This document shows positions 45,879 to 58,850 of a stretch of DNA of 64,000 nucleotides, piece after piece; the stretch's first letter is position 1, and each line of letters opens with the position of its first letter. Origin of the DNA: Catajapyx aquilonaris (lineage: Eukaryota); the NCBI GenBank assembly GCA_000934665.2, contig JYFJ02000011.1:1-64000 (forward strand). The letters run 5' to 3'. A program made the translations under genes and the position numbers. The notes beneath the pieces were generated by a model. That model saw nothing but the letters and a program-made list of their open reading frames with translations, was not told the origin of the DNA and made no database searches.

Positions 45879-46132
45879 TCCGAATCCATAAACTCGCCCT
45901 GAGCCGGTTTGAGACATTCAAATGTATTGTAGGACTATGCTCATGAGCCTACACATATTCAGGCAAGTCCCACCTACCCTTGAAAGTGCAGCGTTGTATC
46001 CACATCGCCGTTCTGGTGCTGTCCCAATGTGTTTAGTGCCCACACATTTCCACTGTCGACGACAGGCCCGACGATTTTCACACACGTTCACCACATGTTC
46101 ACACAAAAATATCCGCCATTTGTGCAGAGGTA

Positions 46133-46198
46133 AGGGTTGCCAGATGGTGCCCCCAGAGAAAGTGTGAGCCCCTGGCAACCTTGATTCAAGATGGCGGC
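46133..46198 (+). promoter_or_regulatory. Putative housekeeping promoter of GTPBP10
   Basis: Inverted GGTTGCCAG/CTGGCAACC pair and YY1-type CAAGATGGCGGC (46187-46198), ~80 bp before the proposed ATG. Confidence 0.5.
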
Positions 46199-46277
46199 TT
46201 CCATCCTTACATGTTGGTGGTAGTGTGCGACGTCTTGCATTAGTTAAATTCCTCTAAATTAAATCGGAGATTTCGCC

Positions 46278-48545
46278 ATGGAGGTTCTGTCGAGGTTGGG
46301 ACACTACAGGATCCGTCTGATGATCATCTCTGGGGATGTCCTGCAGCGATGTTGCGGCACAAAGGCGGCACCGGTATGCATTATTAGCTGTTGAAGGATT
46401 TAAAGACAGTGAGCAATCATATTTTACTTGCAGAAGGCGAGATTTCGAAGGCAGTTTCTAGACACGTTGAGGATACATGTCAAAGGTGGATCTGGCGGAA
46501 TGGGATACCCGAAGTTTGGTGGTATTGGAGGAAAAGGGGGTGACGTGTACCTCGTTGCAAAGGAAGGTACGTGTCGCACTACAGCAATGAGGGTTTATTG
46601 CAATGTTAATTCATGTTTCAGGTTGTACACTTAAGCAGGTGGCTGCACGCTATCCTCAGAAAAGGTTTACGGGTGGTACTGGAGGAAACAGCAAGCAGTT
46701 TCGAATATTGGGAAAGCCAGGCGAGGATTGTCGTGTGCCCGTACCAGTTGGAATCACTGTCATCACAGATCATGGCAGGGTCTTAAGTACGTGTGTGTCT
46801 CACAGTTATTATAATATGTGCCGTCAGAAGTTGCACATTTAATCATTTTCTGAACCGCAGGTGAATTGAATGAGGCCGAACAGTCGGTTCTGGTGGCTAA
46901 TGGTGGATCTGGTGGTGGCCCTTGGAACCAGTTTAATGGACAGAAATGTGCAGGGTCCAACGTGATGCTTGACCTGAAGCTGATAGCAGATATTGGATTG
47001 GTTGGATTCCCAAATGCTGGAAAGTCGAGCCTCCTCACAGCCATTTCGAGAGCTACACCAAAAATTGCCTCGTATCCATGTATGTTTGACAAAGCCTCAG
47101 ACTAGAGATAAAATGTGTTTTAAAGTACTTGCCCAGTGGACAAAGCGTAAAGTAATTGTACAAATGGTAACAACTTGGGTATGATATGACTAAACTGAGA
47201 TAATCCTTAACTGCTAAATGCACAGTATATTTTACTGCCATTGTTTGTAATCCACAGTCACCACAATCCAGCCAACAATTGGGATGCTTGAATATGATGA
47301 CCTGCGGCAGATATCAATGGCTGACCTTCCTGGACTGATCGAAGGTGCCCACTGCAATGTCGGGATGGGGCACAAGTTCCTGAAGCATGTGGAGAGGACC
47401 AAACTCATCTTGCTGGTAGTTGATGCTGATGGATTTCAGCTCAGTCCAAGGCATGTTAAGAGATCATGTTTGGAGACCATCATCCTTCTAAATAAGGTCT
47501 GCATTTCACCGCAACGTTCCATTTGATACGTACCTAAGTATCCAGAATCAATTGATCAGTGACTTCAATTATTCCTTTAAATCGACAATTAAGGAAAGCA
47601 TGTCACAGGCTCATTTATTAACAGTTTTATTCTTTCAGGAACTGGAGATGTACAAGCCAGACTTGTTGCTCAAACCAGTCATTTTGGCTGTCAATAAGAT
47701 GGACACTGAAGGAGCAAAAGAAGTTTATAATGACGTGGAAGCAGCAGTCAGAGATCTGAAAAGTAGGCTGTTCCTGATTTCATTCACTAACTTGTAATGT
47801 GCTTAGTTAATATGAAGCGAGTATTTTGTCAGATTCATATCACATAATGTGTATAGAATATCATAAAATAAGTTCACCAAGCTGCCAAAATTCCTAGGAA
47901 TCTGTCTACTACATTGTTGGCTTTCAGGCTTATGTCACTTCCAAATGGTAATCAAACTTGAAAGGCTCACCACATATGTGTGGCTGATAAAAATCACACA
48001 GTCGCATCTCATAATGACAATACCGCAAGTTAGATCAAAATCCAAAGACACTCTGCACTGTCATGGAATTTGGAATTAGCCATGAATGACTTTTACTGAA
48101 ATACAATCCATGTGTAGACATTGAAGTCTCCAATATGGGATGTACTTTCCAAGCAGATTCCTGGGTCTGTTTCATCCCATGAACATACTTCATGCATTCA
48201 TATCATGATAAAGCAGCTTGCTACTCTAACACCAAAACTTTACTAATTTATATTCAGGATGTACAGTCAATAAGTACATGAGATATTCTACACTATATTA
48301 ACACTGCAAATTTTTTTACAGCAACAAGCCTCCAATTCCCTGAGGAAATGAGGTCTGTCACAGCACTCAAGCTGGACGAAGTGGTCCCAATTTCAGCCAA
48401 GAACGACCGTGATTCTGTTCTGTACCTGAAGGAACGCCTTCGCAAGATGCTTGATGTGTACGCAGAAGATAATCGTGTCAGGGAGAGTGACATTCCTGAT
48501 TCAACCAAACGACAGTTGCGAGTATCAGCACCGAAGCTGATGTGA
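46278..48545 (+). CDS. GTPBP10: Obg-family GTPase, GTP-binding protein 10 homolog
   Basis: [32 protein letters not shown]1 [16 protein letters not shown]2 IASYPFTT (spliced); G3 [12 protein letters not shown]4 NKMD; G5 ISAK. Start codon inferred. Confidence 0.92.
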
Positions 48546-48546
48546 G

Positions 48547-50240
48547 CTACTCAAATTGTGATTTTTCCAGCCCCAGAAACTTCAGGGCATTGTCAACCAG
48601 CAGTTTTTCCTGTGAACATCAATATGAATGTATACATTGTAAATAACTTTTAACATTCAATACACAGTTTGTTACTGTAGGTTCATGTTATTTTTTATCA
48701 ACATTTTGTATCAAATCTCACAATGGTGTCAACCCATTCAGTGTCTTGAAGCAACTCTAAAATCACTTTGAGAGTGGGTTTGAATGGCAAGGCCACCTTT
48801 TCCATATTATATTATATATATGGGATTGAAATGGTTTTATTTCCAATATGATTGTCTTCAAAAAATTATTTTCCACTGAGAGCCTCCGGAATTATAGGTG
48901 TTGTAGCGGTACTTAAGATTTTTAGAGCTATTGCAATCTCTCGAGTTACACTGTAGCACTGAAATTGATAGTCAACCAGGCTCAACGTCGTCAATCCACC
49001 TTTCACGGCACGACGTAGTCTAGTCTTAGCCTTAGCCTCACCTTGATTTTTGGAGTGAGATCATCCATTTCTTGAATCAAACTTCCAGGCACATGCTCCC
49101 CGAGTGGGAAAGGGTAATCACTTCCCAACATAACTTGGTCGTCCCCCATGACCTGCATCAGGAAACGCAAGGAATGTGGATCATGCACCAATGAGTCGAC
49201 ATACATCTTGCCGACAAATTCCCTGGGGTCCTGAGGGTTCTCCGTGGCACACAGGTCGGGTCGCACCCTGTGCCCATGGGAAATCCTTCCCAGGGTGTAA
49301 GGGAAAGAGCCACCACCATGAGCAAAGCAGATCTTTAGGCGTGGAAAGTGGTTCAGTATTCCACCCATCACTACGCAACACATGGCTGCTGTGGTCTCCA
49401 TTGGCATACCTGCATAATGTTCATGTGGAATGTGAATCAAGGAAAGTTTCAATATTGTCTAACCTACCAACAAGCCATGGCAGCCAGTACTTGCTGAACC
49501 GCTCTCCCGATGGCATGTCCCAGGGGTGAACAAAGATGGGACACCGCAAGTCTTCCGCAGCCTGAAATACCAAATATTGGAGCATTATGTGATGCGGCAG
49601 ACACACCGTGAACCTCACCTTGTAAAATGGAAACAATTCTTTAGAATCGAGATTCCACTGGTTTATATGAGATCCAATCTGAACTCCATGCAGTTTGAGA
49701 TCCGCCATACTTCGCTTCAGCTCCTCCACTGCTAGCAGTGGCTCCTGCATCGGAAGGGTAGCCAGTCCTACAAAACGGTTAGGATTCTTGTGCACCGTAG
49801 CAGCCAAGTCATCGTTAAGGAGACGAGACAAGTCAGCAGCGTCCTCACCTTTGGCCTGAAATTAATGTTCATTCACGTCCTAATTGAATGATACAGTATG
49901 TTACGCTACTTTACCCAGTAACTAAACATGACAGGGACGGTTGACAGGGCTTGTATCGAGACTCCAGTGGCATTCATCTCCTCAATCCTAGTTGGGCCAT
50001 CCCAACAGTTTTGGTCAATTGTCCGGAAGAAGTGGCCATCATCCCTCATCATACGAGCTTGACGACGGCCTCCAGAACACTCACAGTCTTCCAGCTGGAT
50101 GAACCCTCCATACCCATAGCGCTGAATAAACAGTCCATGCTCATTGTAGGTAGAGTACTGACTGACTTCAATAACAAACTTACCTCTTTCAGTTTTGGCC
50201 ATTTCTCAGGAAGGATGTGGGAGTGAATATCAAGCTTCAT
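48547..50240 (-). CDS. ACMSD: 2-amino-3-carboxymuconate-6-semialdehyde decarboxylase (amidohydrolase family)
   Basis: [71 protein letters not shown]; last exon [20 protein letters not shown]. Confidence 0.95.
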
Positions 50241-53200
50241 TTTTAATGGGCTCTCAAGCACGTTATGATTTACTTTACAGCAAGTCAAAAGGCTGACTGT
50301 GTGGGCTATCTGTAACTGATAACTGTGCCCCATATGTGACCTTGTCAATTGACCTTCATTACAATATTCTAGTTTACTTGATAACACACACATCCTTGTT
50401 AATATTCTTAATATTGTTTCATTGCATGCCACACTGCATCAAACTGCAACGAACAAACTTTTGCATTATTCACATAATATGTGTAAGCTTATAGCTACCT
50501 AATCTGAAGTTCAAGGTGAACTACACAAAAGCAGGCTCGTAACTGAACAAATCTTGGCAAAAAAAAAAATAATGATAAAAAGCAAGCCTGTCAGTCTTCC
50601 TCCAAATTTTAACATCATTGCAAGACTTCAATTAGACTCACCAAGACAGCAAATTACAGGCCTGGATCCAATGTTCTCTTATTCTGTTTAACCTGCTGCC
50701 TTGTAGTATGTAAAATGTAGATCAGTATGTATATGCTCAGAGGGCGGATTTATGATCTCGTTGCCCTCTCCAGGTGTGTGCCCTAGATTTATGGCTGGCC
50801 GCGGTGTCGTCTCAAGGCCAGAAGGTCGCGAAGAGGTGAAGTTCATTGCTAACTGACATCAGACAAAAATCTGGAGGGAATGACACACGGTGCCCTTCAT
50901 CACAGTGCATTCACCAAATGTATATGTAACGGATCGGTTTTCTTATAACAACAAAAACAATGTGCAAAATCACAACCTATGCATAACTGTTTGTAAACAC
51001 AAGTTATGTAACACCGCTTGGTATTTTTCCCCCAAAAAAATCGCCGCCTGACAGTCTAGTCGCGTGCACAAAACTGGCTATTTCAAATCGGCTGATTATT
51101 ATTTTCCAAACGATTATGAGTTGTAATGTAGTGTGGTCGAGTGAGAAAAAGGTTGGTACAGTCACGTCTTGTCCTTAACCAAAGCGGCTCATTGAGATGT
51201 TGATTAATTAGTTTTCCTTATAATCACGCGACCTGCTGGCCTGGCCCCCCCTTGGTTGAGGAATATCCTGAACCTTCTCTCACAGCATTACCATTGGCCT
51301 TCAGATTCGCTTGACATTTTGACAAAACTATTCTCCGAATCCTGCATCACTGTACGACGCAGAAGGAATAAAAAAATATATACTCGTACAGCTAATTCTC
51401 CTAAACACCAGGCTTGACAAGAAGCTGTACATGAATAACTGAAGTTTGGCCCAACTTTGGGTTGATACTCTTGTGTTTACCGTTATTTGGGGACAAGACT
51501 ATAGGAAAAGCTTTTAAGTGGCTCTACCTGATAATCCTGCGCTATATCAATATCGCAGGTTAGTTCAGTGCAAGACCTACTTTTACAGGACACCAATAAT
51601 TATTATGATCAGGAAGAAAAACTTGCTTTCGATTTTTTGAACTCCAAGACGCGAAAATGCATGCAGTATTTTTATTGTGCATGTCTGAAGCTGTACAGTA
51701 TTTTTTTATGTCAGGGATGTCTTTTATAACAGGAAAGATAATAGCATTAGTTATGCAAAAAGCGTTCATTCTAACGTACAGAGTATGGGGCTAGTTACAA
51801 AAGGCAACTAATGTCGGTCGTGCACGTTTCGTGACTCACAATATCAACATTATTCGTGCATTTTTTTTTTTTTTTTTTGCAAACAGTTGCTCTGTGAATG
51901 TGCAGTTTTGAGAGTCACGACCTACAATATTCATGCAATGTCGGTTAGTACAGCGTCCTTTCCTTAATAAATATAATTTTTTAAAAATAATCATGAAGGC
52001 ATGCCGCGATAACAGACCGTGACCTCCACGAATATGATTAAGTAATAAAAGTGTACAAAATTATAATAAGCAAGGCAACATCAAATGCTTAACATTTTTG
52101 CATGATGACACCAAGGGTTATACAGTCAGTGCTCTCTTAGCGCTTTTCGGTGATAACCTGTCAAAAGTGCAATAAGTTCAATTTGCTCAAAAATGAGAAT
52201 TCCTCCTGGAACATTGTCATATTTTACGTAGACTCGGTCAGATGACATGCATTATTACGATAGTGTATGCATCACTGATCCTATACTCGTGATTGATTGA
52301 GTGTAAAGAGAAAATAATGAACATATTGTTGACATTATTGACACTAATGGTGCCTAAAGCTGACTAGGTCAATAAGAAGGCATTTCACTTTAGTACCAAA
52401 TATGGGAACACTCATTGGCAATTAATCATGCCAATAATTACCAAATGAATGACTGCATTAAAATATTTACCTATGATACTCGTAGTCCGCTTTCGAGAAA
52501 ATCCACTTGGGAAACGGATTTGGCTTGAACACATGGCAACTATACCAACTGTATATACATTTATCAGTTTCTAGAATTACTCGAGGATATCGTGCTTGCT
52601 CAGTACATAAGGTAACAAGTCCGTGTTTATTCTATCTGTCGGAACAAATAAATGTACGCCCTATGTCTGACGTCACCAAGAGTTAGACTAATTTACTATT
52701 GAATTGATTTCTCTAGTTTTTCCAATGCCCCTCTAGTGTGCAAAATAGGTTTGATAAGAACACAGGGTTGGAGGAGTGGGGAGGGAGATGGGTTGGTGGA
52801 GGGTTGGGGGGTCTACCTGACTCCTCTTCTTCTTCTTCTTGGTCTTCTGGTCGTCCTTGGCATTTGGTAGCTGGGGCTTGTACCACCAACAACCCTAGAG
52901 GTCTTCCGCTGGTCAACCAGCATCCAGTTTGGTGGGCTGCTGGATTTACAGGGGGTACGCAACACCTCCCCCGTCAGGTAAAAAAAACCAAGTCATCAAG
53001 CAAACACATAACTGGCACATCGTGACTAGTTTGTTTGAATTACCAATTAGCCGACTGTGAGCTAGCTGGCACGTCAGTGTATCGTCTTACACCATAATTG
53101 CGTATGTAAGTGATTCGATCCTAATTTAGACTCATATTGAAATTCTTACCATATTATGTGCCTGATTTTAATTACAGTAATCTATGTTTCAGGCATAGAT

Positions 53201-53322
53201 ATTCTAGTGTAGCTTATACTAGTAATGTCGTAACATTTGAACTGCCGAATAGGTTCACACTAAACAAGTTTTGTTGTGACAAAATTTAACTATTACTCTT
53301 CAATACATCCAGAACTAATTTC

Positions 53323-53402
53323 GAAATATTTAATCCTACGTAATTATTCACGTCAGCCAAATATTTGGTTGACGTGAATAATTACGTAGAATTAAATATT
53401 TC
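53323..53402. repeat. 80-bp near-perfect palindrome
   Basis: gaaatatttaatcctacgtaattattcacgtcagccaaat|atttggttgacgtgaataattacgtagaattaaatatttc. Confidence 0.9.
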
Positions 53403-54900
53403 ACCGAAACTACAAGTCACTTGGACATTATAACTATTACAATAAGTGTAATATAGTTGTGATAATGCCCAGGTTAATTATTAACTAACTACTTTCTTAA
53501 ATAGCATTGGCAAGTACTCTGGACATATTTCGATAATTCTACGCATAAATTCGGGAAAATGCTAATTAAAATAATTAATATTTCCGACCGTATTAAAAAC
53601 CAGTGGATAATTTATTCGGACAATCTCTCCATAAGAAATAAGTTGCGCTTAATTGAATTAGAATAACTATCTAGCGTTTGCCAAAATTGTCGAACGGAAA
53701 CCACGGTACTGCACTATAACGCCACAGCACTGTTTTTGTAATATGTAGAAATATGGCCCAACCCGTGCACTATCCAATCTACAGCAACATTTCCCCAGAT
53801 CTGTAAACATCCCGCGATATTGACTCAAGCATCCGTTTCTCCATATCATCACAAACAATTTTTAGGTTCACGCCTCAACAAGTAAACATCCATCACATTC
53901 TGTGTTAATTAAGCGTAAAATGAGCATCCCTTCTCGACAGATAGAAAAATGGGTTTTCGCCCACGTGCGAGGATGATAGGCGCAAATGGACCTGGCTGGA
54001 TCCCCCCCCTCCTATAGACCACCTCTCTTGTGTTGAATTACCACGCCATCCTTCAACCTCAATCTCAAGACATCCCCTCGAGGGCCTTTACATACAAAAG
54101 AAAGCCCGTTGTCTTTTCACTCTGAAAAATCAGGGAGCGTCATCTTTTTTACCTTCATTCCTCATTCATGAATTCGTCCAGGAATATGTCTCATCATTTT
54201 CTCGAAGGATACTTCTTTTTTTTGACTGTTGAGAGAGGCATTGTGTGGGTATATACTTTCTTCGGAATGGGACACGCCCAGTCCTCCGGGTTGGAATGCA
54301 ATGGACCGGGCCCCTCTTTTGCTGCTCTAGAGAGGCTGCCCCGCGAGCTCATCTCAGAGGCTGACAACACACCACAAGGCCGATGACCTGCTTCAAGGAG
54401 ATTGAGCCAATATCCCAACCAAGCCTTCTTTCCCCAGTATACTCGAGTATACCTGACTGTTCTTCCTTCTGGTTACCCCCCGCTCGGCTCAACCTTCCCG
54501 TTATGTTTATTGCCACCAACCTTTCACAAAACATTTGGCCTTTTTAATGCGGTGATTTCGCAACACTCATAAATATTGGAACCAGAAGTGCGGTTGGTTC
54601 TAATGCAAATGGTTACAAATGATGGCCTCCCTTTTTTGTCAATATTTCTGGATTACGACGTCATTCATAAAAGCGCAATTAATTATACACAAATTATTTC
54701 GGCATAAATGTCAGGTTTTAAATTGTGCCTTAGGTTGTACTATATAAAGGAAATTTTTTGATTTTGTGTTTGTATACACAATCTGAAATTTTATCGCAAT
54801 TTGAGTTCCTCATTACTCTCATTAGTTGAAAGTTGTGTTCCTTAAAATTTAATTAGCAATGCAATACTAACTGGATGTCGTTTTCTTTCCAGATCCTGCC

Positions 54901-57900
54901 ATGGGTATGCTCAGCAGAGCGGTGTTCTTCTTCTTGATAGGATTATTTATCATAGCCGAGGCCAGAATTGATGGTAAGGGCCATAATAAAGAGCGTGTTT
55001 CGCACCCCTTGCGGGGCAGATAAGCAAAAGAGGATGAATCATGATCAAAGAGATACTGCAATTTGGAATGGGCGGTTCCCCAAGTCGCCAGAATATCTAT
55101 TGGGTGGCTATAAATGTGTCACGGGACATTCCCCCCTCCTTTAACCTAGAATTTAGTGGGCGTGAACAAACAGCTTTACATGCATGCCAAATGTTTGCAA
55201 TGTTACAAAAAGAAATATTTACCACTGTTCTAAAAGCTCTCTTGTGAGAGTAGCATAATTATCAGTACCAAAAATGCAAATACCTACACTGTAAACACAT
55301 TAAAAGAGCATCACTGGTGAGTGGTGAGTCTCCCATGGAGCATAAATGTAATGCTCTTGTGAAGTTTCTTAGCAACAGAAAAGCATCACAAGAGCATTGC
55401 ATTTATGCTCCATGGGAGACTCACCAGTGATGCTCTTTTAACGTTTTGTGGTTTACAGTGTACAGTACGTAATGAAAGCAAACTCGTCAAAATCAACAAG
55501 AGTATGATTGTCGTCTTTGAAGTTTACATGGAGCATACTTTGAGTACACAAATGCTTGACAGGACCCCATTGGCATCCGGACAGAGGATCAGTACCTTCG
55601 CAGAGACGACCTCGAATCGCGTGTTACTTCAGCAACTGGGCCATACACAGACCAGGAATAGGAAGCTATGGAATCGACGACATTCCTGGAGACATGTGCA
55701 CGCATGTCATCTACTCATTCGTTGGCGTCTCAAATGTCACCTGGGAGATTCTGGTTCTAGATCCTGAGGTAAAATAACAAGTCTATCTTCCTACTGTTAC
55801 GTAAAATTATACATATATCCGTCACGAGCCATTATTTATGGAGCCGTAAAAATCGTGAAGGACAGTACGTTGCGAGTCACTGGTCCTTTTGTATTGGGGC
55901 CGGTTATTTTTAAGCTGGTTCGTATAATAGACCATAATTTGATGCATCATCAGATCGACGTGGATCAAGGTGGCTACTACAAGTTCACGGCCCTGAAGAA
56001 GAAATGGCCGCACTTGAAAACCACTCTTGCGGTGGGTGGTTGGGGCGAAGGTGGGAGGAAGTACTCGGAGCTGGTCTCCTTGGACGAGAGGAGAAAGACC
56101 TTCATCAAGAGCGTGCTGGGTAAGCATACTAATTCACGACCAAAATTATTGTAGAGGTTCACGATATTTCTTTTTGTCCCGGCAGAGTACATGAGGAAGT
56201 ATGATTTTGACGGATTCGATCTGGACTGGGAATATCCGGGTGCGGCAGATCGAGGAGGGAAGTACTCGGACAAGGACACGTACCTCAAGTTCGTCCAGGA
56301 GCTTCGTGCTGCCTTAGACCATGAAAACAAAGGGCTGGAACTCACCATGGCCGTACCTGTGGCCAAGTTCCGCCTGCAGGAAGGATATTACGTGAGAGAA
56401 CTCTGCCAGTACGTAACATAATATGAAGAAAATATGTATCCTGCTGCTATGCAACCATCAGTGCATGGTAGGATTGACCGAAACCGATGTCGTTGTATAA
56501 ATGTATCAAATTATTCCAGGTTGTTAGACGCAGTTCATGTGATGTCGTATGACTTGAGGGGCAACTGGGCCGGTACGGCAGATGTGCACAGTCCTCTCTA
56601 TAGACGGCCGCATGATCAGTGGGCTTATGAGAAGCTCAATGTGGCAAGTATTGCTTAGTAGATAAAGTCTGTAGACAAAATTAACAAGCCTGTGTGCATT
56701 TCAGCACGATGGTCTTGAGTTGTGGGTGAACGAAGGTTGCAATCCGGACAAACTGATTGTTGGGGTACCGTTCTATGGGCGTACCTACACTCTGAGCTCA
56801 CCCGAGAACAATCAGCTGGGTGCTTACATTGTGAAATGGGAAGGAGGAGGTGCTCCGGGACCGTACACAAAAGCCAAAGGATTTTTGGCTTACTATGAGG
56901 TATTATTGTCAAAAAAAAAAACGGGTGGAAACAATACTGTTGACATATCACACACTTGCAGATATGTACCGGCGTGCAAAACGAAACATCGGGTTGGACC
57001 AAGAGATGGGACGATATTGGCAAATGCCCGTATGCGTTTGTTGGTAAGTTTTTCCTGGCGTGTTCCAAACTTTCTGTGCTGAGATATGCATGTTTTTTTT
57101 CAGACAAGCTATGGGTCGGATATGAAGACACCGAGTCGCTCCAGTACAAAATGGACTTCATCAAGCAAAAGGGATACGGCGGAGCTATGATATGGGCAAT
57201 CGACATGGACGACTTCAAAGGCATATGCGGGGAAACAAACTCTCTCATCAAAGTGCTGTACAAAAACTTGAGGGATTACACGGTACCTGTACCGCCCCCG
57301 ACCACCCCACCCCCGAAGGTACTGTACCTAGACATACACGTACATAGTACATATAAAAATCTGCCTTAAGATTGGGACATTTACTACACAGCAATTTCCA
57401 GTCAATATCCACTTTACTTTGTGGTGTGTACATGAAAGTAACAATCCCCTGCATTAATAAGTACTGTTTGTTTACAGCCGAGCTGGTGGGTCGATCCCAA
57501 CACAACTCCGTCCACCACAACTGTTCAAACGTGGCATCCTCCATCTTCAACCACGCAAACATGGTATCCAACTTCTTCAACGACTCAAACGTGGTATCCA
57601 TCAACATCGCAATCTTCAACAACCCCACAACCTCCGGCTGCTCCGACCACAGAGGCAGCCACAACAGAGAAGCCTCTGCCAGCTGGATCATACGACTGCA
57701 CTCGTCAACAATACTACGTACATGAAGATTGCGACAAGGTAAGGAATCAATGACACACTCGGGACAATGTGGATGACCATCAATAATTTCAGTACTACTG
57801 GTGCGTCCATGGTGTCCCGGAGCTGTTTGCATGTCCTCCTGGGACAGTGTGGAATCACTCCCACACCATGTGTGATTGGCCAGAGCATGCCAAACGCACG

Positions 57901-57975
57901 GATTGCCAGGGTTCCTCCTCCAATAATTTCTACCAGGAGGTTTACAACCCTTGGGAGCAGTTCTACAAAAAATAA
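54901..57975 (+). CDS. GH18 chitinase, group I (Cht5-like), copy 1: signal peptide, catalytic domain, S/T/P linker, CBM14
   Basis: [55 protein letters not shown]-terminal 6-Cys domain ([21 protein letters not shown]). Confidence 0.95.
55287..55460. mobile_element. Hairpin MITE in chitinase 1 intron 1
   Basis: ta|CACTGTAAA...TTTACAGTG|ta, with ~70 bp inverted arms. Confidence 0.88.
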
Positions 57976-58726
57976 AAGAGGAAGACCATGGTGTCGTTTA
58001 CAGTTTATCGACGAGTTCTCTGACGGAGTTTGCAGGCATCAATATTACCATTGATTATGTAACATTAATAATAAATAAAGACTGAAAACCTTGTAATATA
58101 TTGTGTCTATTCTTCTCCTCTCGTATAGTAATAGCTTTCAAACTTACCAGCTTTACAGTGAATTGCGATGAAGTATAGCTTTTTACATACTCGCCGTAAA
58201 AGGAACAGATACCACTGGTACACCGATAAAGTTCCATCTTTGAAATGATATGAGAAAATAAAGGTCATCAACACAACCTACTTGATTGAGCGTGCAGTAT
58301 TGAGAAACTTTGAAAGATGTTTTTAAATAAGGCATAGAATACTGTGTAATATAGCATTTTTGTTATTTGTAAAATATGTGTGACTTTAAACAATATAATA
58401 GCCTACTTGAAAGTATTTGCGGAAAATGCTGAAATATTTCCTCCGTGCAACTGACACCAGTAAGTACCACATGCCCCGCAACTATATCAGATTAAGTTGT
58501 TTATATTTTGCAGCTTTTAATGTGAAAAGTAGTCCAACACTCGGGAAGATTTTCTGGCAGCTTTCTCGCAAGCTTGCACCCTATTCCAAGTAGTTCATAT
58601 TGTGACTGGAAAAAATAACAATGCCATGAGTAAAGATTTAGTGGTCCTTACCCGAGATTTAAAAAACGAGGAAAAGATACCTGCGGAGTAATACACTAAA
58701 GATTCTTATCTGTAAGAAATCGCACA

Positions 58727-58732
58727 TATAAA
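58727..58732 (+). promoter_or_regulatory. TATA box of chitinase 2
   Basis: TATAAA, then a short non-coding exon ending gcg|gtaag (~58767) and an acceptor just before ATG 58851. Confidence 0.55.
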
Positions 58733-58850
58733 GCTTGAGAATCCAGCAGATAACTTCAAAGCAAGCGGTAAGCTCTCAACAATTACAACGACACATACAC
58801 ATACTTCTATGTATTCTTGCTCATTGCTCATTTGGATTACAGGTCCACTA

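Noticed and set aside
52738..54534. G-rich tract and short ORFs upstream of chitinase 1
   Set aside because: Low complexity or degraded repeat; no protein family recognisable.
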